The position numbers and the translations under genes were made by a program. The notes under the pieces are model-generated. The model made no database searches and had not been told where the DNA came from. It saw only the letters and a program-made list of their open reading frames with translations. A DNA stretch of 64,000 nucleotides, from NCBI GenBank assembly GCA_964016885.1, contig OZ024740.1, forward strand, positions 267,654,001 to 267,718,000. Direction: 5' to 3'. The DNA comes from Eledone cirrhosa (lineage: Eukaryota). Of this stretch, positions 55,587 through 64,000 are shown piece after piece; position 1 is the stretch's first letter; each line of letters starts with the position of its first letter.

Positions 55587-58396
55587 ATATACATACATAC
55601 GTTGTATGTTTAGGAAACAGCCCTTTGTAAGGTGTATTAAAACGCGACTGTTTTCTCTTTTCTGTTTTTTTTTTTTAATATATTTTCCCGAGTCCCTTTG
55701 CAGTGTGTTTTTTTAATGAATCTGGTATTGTTTATTTTCAAGTAAGCTTATGTCTTGTAGAAGTAGTCCTGTATGTATAATATTTTATCTTTTGTTTTTC
55801 GTTAGAGAGAGAAGGTCTTAAAATGGTAATAACATTGACTGAATCTTAATAATTTAGATTTGATTGGGAGAATGACAAATATTAATTACTACTATCATCA
55901 TCATCATCATCATCGTCATATTACCATTAATATTATTATTGTTATTATTATTCTGGGAAAATGGGTTAATATATCAGACAAAAATGCTTTGCGCTATTTA
56001 GTTACGTCCCTTTATGTCCTAAGTTCAAATCCAGCTGACATCAACTTTACACTTTTATCCTTCAAGGGGTTCGATAACATAAGTTAGCAAGCAGAGAAAT
56101 ACTGGAGATCGATTAGGTTCGCTTGTACCCCCCCCCCCCATTATGGTCTTGTATCTTGTTTTTATTTTTCATGCCTGTTGTTTTTGATTTCTTTTTTAAA
56201 TAATCGATTTTGCGTCAACCCTTCCCTACAACCATCCATTTCCTTCTGTAATTTGTCCTTGTAATGTCTCCCCTTCTGCCAAACAAAATAAACCATTACT
56301 ATATTATTATTATTATTATTATTATTTCTATAATTATTGCATTTTCGGTTCTCGCATGTCTGCGTATATTTACGTATCCCTGTACCCTGTTGGGAAAGGC
56401 TTGAGCACCATCAATTCTGATTGATTGAAATATAGAGACTTTCAATAATGGTGTGATAGGGGACACACATAAGGAGAGATGAGATGGTCATAAGTGGAAC
56501 ATGTTTGATAATATTGTATTAAGATCGATTCCGAACAGACCTGATCGGGGAATAAAAAACAAACAAACCATAATGCACAAATGTAAGTATTCAGTGGCCG
56601 AGTCATAAAGAAAATCTTCATTATTCTTACAGATAATAATAATTGTTTCTACTTTTGGCACAAGGCCAGCAATTACCCAGTACATTACTCGTACTTTATT
56701 TTATCGACCCCGTAAGGATGAAAGGCAAAGAATGATGATAATAATTTGATGATGATGATAAGGTTTGTTGTGTAAATAGGGCTAAAAAAATATGCTTCGG
56801 AAAGATTTGTGATCTTCATTATTGTTACAGATGATAGTAATAATAATGATAATATTTTGATAATGATGATTATAATGAAGATGATAATGATGGTATAAAT
56901 GGGGCTAAATAAAAATTAAGTCTTGGAAAAATTTGTTACATTATTTTGTACACATTTCAAATTTCGCATATTCTATCAGGTAAGTTCGCTCTACTGTGGA
57001 CGATGTGTGTTGTGCGAGTGGAGAATCAACAGTTGTGGAACTGGAAAATAGCTTAAACAGATGCTACAATGATTAAAGCATAGTGACAGTAGAAGTAGAT
57101 ACGTGTGTGTAGTGAAGGCGGGTATGGAGGGGGTGCTACAATATAAAAAAATAAACAGCAAAACTTGGAACTAGCCACTGTTTGTAAAAGGGCAAAAAAA
57201 TATTTAAAAAAAAATTGTGTGTGAGAGAGAAAGCGTGTGAGTGTATGTGTGTGAGAGAGAGAGATTAAGAGATAGAGAGAGAAGTGTGCATGTGTGCATG
57301 TTTGTTTTTCTGTGTGTGGAGAGAGAGAGAATGAGAAAGAGGTAGGAGGAGGAGAGGGAGGGAATAATGAAAGAGTCAAATGTTAAAGACAGGAAGCAAT
57401 GATGATAAAAAGAATGGAGAGTGAGAGAGAGGGAGAAAGAGAGAGAGAGAGAGAGAGGGTGAAAAGAGAAGCAGAGAGTAAACAAACAAAAATGTAAAAG
57501 TATACATACACACACATATATATATATATAAGGCAAGCTATATAGAAAAATTAAGGTAGACAGTAATTTACAATATTTATTTATTTATTCATATATATAT
57601 ATATATATACACACATACATACATATGTGTGTATATATCATTGGAATATTGAGATATTTTAGACACATTAACCGAAGGAAGAAGATACACACGTGTGGAA
57701 ATAGATTGGTTATATCATTAAGACACCTAAGTTAGAAGATAAAACCAGGTGAGAGCAACGGGAGCGGAGAGAGAATCTAGATACGTTACTAAGTCTTTTA
57801 GAAAGAACATACATATGATTCAGTAAAGCAGGGAGCGGAGATTGGTAGGGTGGGGTGGGTTTAAGGTAATGGAGGGGGTAGAAGATAGAGAGAGATAGGG
57901 ATATATAGAGAGAGATAAATGGTAGGTAGAAGTAGTGTATATATTGGATTCTAAAGAGCCCCTCACATTGAATTAAATGGCAACTATATATCTTGAAATG
58001 TTGCAAATATTTCTAAAGATGGACGGGATGTAGAATGGTGAATAAATCGCTTCATTTTGTTATTGTTGGTTAAATACATTAAATAAATAATTAAATACAT
58101 AAAAATAAAAAAGGGGGATAAGAAAATAAATATTTGTATAAAATAAAATAAATGTTATGTCTGCATAATTGTGTATATATATTAGTATTTTATATACACC
58201 GATAAATGCGTTCCATATTTGTGTATTTTTAAATATATATATATCCCACCACCGTAATTATGCCTGTGTGTGTATATGCAAGTATTTCAACGTGTTTGTA
58301 CAAGTGTGTGTATGTGCGTATGTGTTTATCGGTGTTTGTGTTAGTGTAAATGTGTCCGTGTGTATATACGTGTAAAACATTTTTGGATCGATTTCA

Positions 58397-58789
<393 letters not shown>

Positions 58790-59174
58790 TTATTACAGCA
58801 CTTGTACACATAGATGCTCGACTGTACCCCGGTGCAACAACACCCGTGTGGCTAGCTAGCAGCAGTAGATTGCAGTCGAAAGCCGATAGAGAACACACAT
58901 GTGCATCCAGCAGCAGCAGCAGTAGCTGGAATGTAGCTAGTTCTTACCAGTTGCTAGAGTACTCCACACTAACCAACTAGTTGGTGGTTGTGATGGATGT
59001 GTTGAACGATGAAAAAGATAGTAATTTCACAATCAACGGTATGGCGTGGCGTCGGTGAGAAGAGAGAGAGAGAGAGAGCAGGCGAGGAAGAAGGGGCAGG
59101 CAAAGAGAAGCGAATGCTGTGTGCGTATTTGCGTACGTACGTAACGAAACGTACGCACCTATGTGTATGTGCGA

Positions 59175-59212
<38 letters not shown>

Positions 59213-59824
59213 ATATGTATATATATATATACACACACACACACTGACTGGAAAGAAAACAAAATGAGAGAAAGAGAGAGAGTGTGAGAGCGAGGAAGGG
59301 TGGGAGAAATGAAAGATAAATAGAGAGAGAGAGAGAGATAAGGAGAAGCAGTTAAAGGAAGAAAAAAAAAATTATAATAGCATTTGTTGTTACTGCTGGG
59401 ATTGTGGTTGATATAATATTAGTGGCGACTTTGACGGCAGCAGGTGCCACAGAGGATGATGAAGACTAGCAAGGGAGGTCCTCTTCTTCTCTTGTCTGTT
59501 CTTCTTCTTTCTCTGCTAGAAAATGTTCCACGTACGAAATAGGTATCATATCTCCTCTTTCCTGTGCAGCAGCAAACATTAGCAAGAGTATTGCGTTACC
59601 TCCAGCCTGTTTTTACTGTTTATATTTGGTAAGCGAGCAGCGAACGAACCATCAGGAATCCCGACTACACAAGACAAATCGCTGGTAATACACTGAGTGG
59701 AGTATGTATATGAATGTGTGTGTGTATGTGTAAGAGCGTCAGTGAGTGAGAAAGTAACACTGAGGTAGTGGAGAGAAAAAGAGTGACAGAAAGACAAACA
59801 ATTACATACGCACGCATATACATA

Positions 59825-59859
<35 letters not shown>

Positions 59860-60977
59860 TATCACAAGACACAGATATATTATTGTAGAAAAATTTTCGA
59901 ATTTTTATGAAGACATTGGTTGCTTAAGAATACGATGAAGGAAACGTATAAAATCGTTAATTTGAATGACACGTATTGCACACGGATGAAAAGAAAATTG
60001 AAGAAAAATCAAAACAAATATATACAATATATTTATTATTTTTTTTTTGTCTGATATTCAAAGAGTAAGGATACAAAAAAGAAACTATATAAAAAACAAC
60101 ACGCAATTAAGCTAACAAAATATAAGAATTGCTTCCTGCTTTTGCTTTCTCTTTTATCACTATCTCTCTTCTTTCACTAATATATATTATATATATTATA
60201 TGTATATACACAAATATATATATGTATATAATCACGTTTTTCAGGTCGAAATACACTCATTCGCTCTTTGCGTTTCTTCTCCGGTTTACGCCTCGTTTGG
60301 AATTACGCGAACCACAACAGTAACATATATAACCTTTACTTTCTTTTTTTTTTTTTTTTTTTTTTTTTTATTATTCTGTTCATGAGCCAGCAACAGGGAA
60401 GCGTCAACGCAATCATTCGATCTGCAAGAAATAGCAGCCAAATTTTCTCATAAATAACACCCTGCAATCTTTAAAAAAAAAAAATAAATAAATAAATGGA
60501 CACGTTGTTGGATAATATAATCGAAGATACACCATGTCTGAATATAATACGGGATGGTCATGGCTAGAATATTTGGTAATAGGTCTACTTTACTTGGCCT
60601 GATGAGATGGAGCGAAGCAACAACCTGATTATATCTATATATTTACCTTGTTTTTTTTTTTCTAAAAAGAATAACACATACACACCTCTTTAAGCGTGAC
60701 AAGCAATTTATTATTACTGTCATGTCACATCTACCCATTTTAATCACCAAACGACTAACTAAAAATAAGAACACCGTTTTAACGTATGTTTCTTATTAGA
60801 AGAAAAAAAGTAACTGTTAACTGCTTTACATTTAATTCAATTCACAAACACATTTCTCAGCTTATTTGATACAAATAATAAACAGACCCTATATATATAT
60901 ATTCATTTTATTAACGCTAAATAGTGAGTCTTGTTACTCTGGTGTTTCGCTTGTTTATCATAGGGTCATCAGAATTC

Positions 60978-61023
60978 TTGCCTGATGACCCTGTAATAAA
61001 CAGGCGAAACTCCAGAGTAGCAA
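60978..61023 (+). ncRNA. Minimal type I hammerhead motif within an inverted duplication
   Basis: ttgc-CTGATGA-ccctgtaataaacaggc-GAAA-ctccagag-TA-gcaa; an inverted copy lies at 60930-60972. Confidence 0.78.
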
Positions 61024-61362
61024 AACTCTTTAGCCTTAATAAAATGAATATTAAAACTCTACTTCGGTATTGAGTACTCCTTTCGCTCAGTCATCAAACA
61101 CGTACATATATATATATATAGATGACACAGAGACCAGCTGATTTTCATTTCCGTTTTATTTTTCATTAGACAGGTAACTAATCTATTCCCCGGCTAGTTT
61201 AGTGACCAGGTAATTATTTCATTGTCAAAGCCCTTTTTTTCATACATTTTGTGACCAACGGAGGTAAGAATAGTTATCTGCTGATTATTAATAAAACCCA
61301 AAAGAAACTCACTAGTGCGTGTGTTTTTGTTGGTAGCATGACCGTCCCCAAAGTATAAATAA

Positions 61363-61425
<63 letters not shown>

Positions 61426-62547
61426 GTGTGTGTAATAATTATGTTTAGTATATAGCAATTAAGTATTTTTTTTTCTATAATTGTCAAGATGCGCCAACGC
61501 TGTGTTTATGTCGCAACTGCTGTGATCAGAAGCTGACAGCTGATGAAGTGAATGTCCCGCAGCATAACACACACAAACACACATATATACACATCAAGAT
61601 ATGAAGCTTTGGAAAAAAAGGATATAAAAAAGGATTTTATGCATGTATAAAAGAATATATATTAAAATTACAACAACAAAAAAATTATATATATATATTT
61701 TATATATATATATAAAATATATATAAAATTACAACAACAAAAAAATTATATATATATATATATATATATAAAATACAATTTTGTGATTATATAATGATTT
61801 CTGATTTAGGCACAAGGCCAACAACCGCGGGGAGGAGGAAATCGATTAAATCAACCCCAGTGTATTACTGGTACTTTATTTTCTCAAACCCCATAACAAT
61901 GAAAGGCAAAGCTAACCCCGGGGGGGGGGGTTGATATTTGTGATTATATAACAATAATAATTATTATACATGATTTAACATTTCGTGCAACAGTCACCAG
62001 ACTGCGAGACACGCAAACGTGAGCCCCCTTTTTTTTTTTTTTTTTTTAAAAAGGCTGCAAACATCATTGAGACATAAGTGTATATGATTTTTTTTATTAA
62101 TTTTTATGCATGACATATTTATTATTTTAATATCTCTATATTTCTTCCTCTGAACATATCAAGAGTTCTGTACTCTTGAGTTCGATAACTGCGGCGTTGT
62201 TAATATTCGATCGATAAGTTCTCTCGTACAAACGCATTCACACAAGCACACATACACACAACAGACTCTCTCTCTCTCTCTTTCTTTTTCTCTGTTTACT
62301 TCTTTTTCTTTCTCTCCCTCTATCTCTTTCTCTCTCTCCCACTCTTACGATCTCCCTCTCTCACTCAATTACTCCATCGTTCTCTCTCTCTATAATCCAG
62401 ATGTCCCTATGTCCCTTTCCTTTCTATCTCCCTTTGTCAATCGGTCGGTCAGTGTGAAAAACTTAGACTTTATTTGCGCGTAGGATCGCATGTAGCAAGT
62501 ACATTCGTATTGATCAAAAAACCCTTCTCATCCCTGTATCGCTTATT

Positions 62548-62962
62548 TAATAATCGTTTCTACTTTAGGCACAAGGCCAACAATTTTGGGAAGAGGAGAA
62601 AGTTGATTAACTCGACCTCAGTGCGTTACTGGTACTTTATTTTATCGACCTCGTAAGGATAAAAGGCAAAACTAACCTCAGCAGGATTTGAACACGGAAC
62701 GTGAAGAACCGTAACTATATGCCACAAAACATGTCTGAACTCTACCAATACTGCCAATTAACAATGTATCATTAATAATTGTTTCTACGTTAGGCACAAG
62801 GCCAGCAATTACCCAGTGTATTACTGGTACTTTATTTTATCGACCCCGTAAGGATGAAAGGCAAAGTTAACCTCGGCAGGATTTGAACTCAGAATGGCAA
62901 GGGCCGTAACTCTATGCGTCAAAGCATGGCGTCCGACCCTCTACCGATACTGCCATTCCATC
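62548..62962 (-). mobile_element. Two tandem SINE family B copies
   Basis: 62548-62760 and 62775-62960 are each the reverse complement of the 30391-30578 type. Confidence 0.88.
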
Positions 62963-63072
62963 ATTAACAATGCCTGTCAACGTATTTTGTATACATATAT
63001 ATTTATAAATATAAGTATATATGTATATACCTATATAGATACACACATGCGCACTTCGCTGAATGCTCAAAT

Positions 63073-63121
<49 letters not shown>

Positions 63122-63264
63122 GAGTATGTGTTGGTTGGTTACCAACACCTCAGTATGCAGGGTAGAGCACTTAACGAAATGCGCAGGTGGGTCTGTTTAC
63201 TCCGGAGTAATTTAAAAACAAGTGTAAGTCAACAGGTTAAAATTAACCTCGTTTATTCATATTC

Positions 63265-63323
63265 GCTGTTATATATATTTCGGTGATAACCATTATTCAA
63301 CAGCTATGAACTCATCAGACAGC
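63265..63323 (-). ncRNA. Minimal type I hammerhead motif, same family as 20277
   Basis: gctgt-CTGATGA-gttcatagc...ggttatcacc-GAAA-tatata-TA-acagc. Confidence 0.8.
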
Positions 63324-63334
63324 TAGAACTTGAA

Positions 63335-63480
63335 CAGAAAAACATAATAATGCAACCTCCGTTATTGCGGTCCTTTGATATACCCTGTTCTTTGAAAAAA
63401 CAACACCAAACTTCGGGACAGGGCATATCAAAGGACCGAAATGACGGAGGTAAACTTTGTTCCATCATTATGTTTTTCTG
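63335..63480. repeat. Imperfect inverted repeat
   Basis: cagaaaaacataataatg..cctccgttattgcggtcctttgatataccctgt versus acagggcatatcaaaggaccgaaatgacggagg..cattatgtttttctg. Confidence 0.85.
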
Positions 63481-63499
63481 GGGTTTTTTTCTCTTCACC

Positions 63500-63640
63500 A
63501 ATCTCAGAACAGAATTTCTCTTGCAAACGCTGCGGCCGGGTCTGTTTAACGTATGCTGGTCTTGTCAGTCACCAGCTTGTCTGTAATAGATAAGGGAAGG
63601 TCCCTTCATTAGTCTTCCTTAGCGAAGTCAAGCCATGATA
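63500..63640 (+). mobile_element. 3' end of an RTE/BovB-type LINE with terminal zinc finger
   Basis: 63516-63593 reads FSCKRCGRVCLTYAGLVSHQLVCNR* (C-x2-C...GLxSH-x3-C), followed by an RTE-like tail cttccttagcgaagtcaagccatga. Confidence 0.7.
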
Positions 63641-63793
63641 TATATGCATATCTATGTATATGGGTATGTATGCATAAGTATAGATATAGCTGTTGTTATC
63701 GTCAACTAATCTCCATTCATAAAGTACTGGTCAATCCAATGCAAAGCCACATGGTGGCAAATCGAATTTATTTACCACACTGCCAGGCCTGCG

Positions 63794-63856
<63 letters not shown>

Positions 63857-64000
63857 CATGACCCTCCCAAAGTATAACAATATATATACAGCGTTGTGCA
63901 TATATATATATATACACGCACCATTGTGCATAATTCAGAGACCACAGCAATAATTTTATTAGGTTAAGTTAATATTGAACTAGGTACAAATAGTATTAGC

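Noticed and set aside
58908-58926. CTG/CAG repeat near junctophilin, reminiscent of the JPH3 disease repeat
   Set aside because: Only about 5 units, upstream of the ATG and not at the homologous position; likely coincidence.
59590-59700. Possible upstream non-coding exon (minus-strand donor GAG|GTAACG)
   Set aside because: A single splice-like motif with no independent support.
63441-63482. SECIS-like ATGA...AAA motif near an HHR element
   Set aside because: No convincing helix or GA quartet, and no associated ORF.

Overview
AT-rich, microsatellite-dense eukaryotic DNA, most likely a cephalopod (octopus-type) genome; this is inferred from the repeat content, not proven. The only clear host coding sequence is the first coding exon of a junctophilin gene on the minus strand (58786-58402, GT donor). 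No further exon was recognised, so 1-58401 appears to be one intron of more than 58 kb. The window holds a near full-length RTE LINE (APE + RT with a PHD-like finger inside the RT), fragments of RTE, CR1, Tx1-like and R4/Dong-like LINEs, two abundant tRNA-derived SINE families, Mariner, piggyBac-like and hAT MITEs, and several minisatellites. The most unusual signal is a set of about a dozen short non-coding inserts, mostly embedded in (TA)n tracts. They belong to several families with little overall similarity. Many carry minimal type I hammerhead-ribozyme (HHR) motifs, several are fold-back palindromes, and four families share a terminal stem-loop ACTCTRC...GYATTGAGT. They look like a microsatellite-targeting, Penelope- or retrozyme-like non-autonomous system. 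All structures were read by eye and no activity is demonstrated. Most ORFs in the supplied track are microsatellite artefacts.
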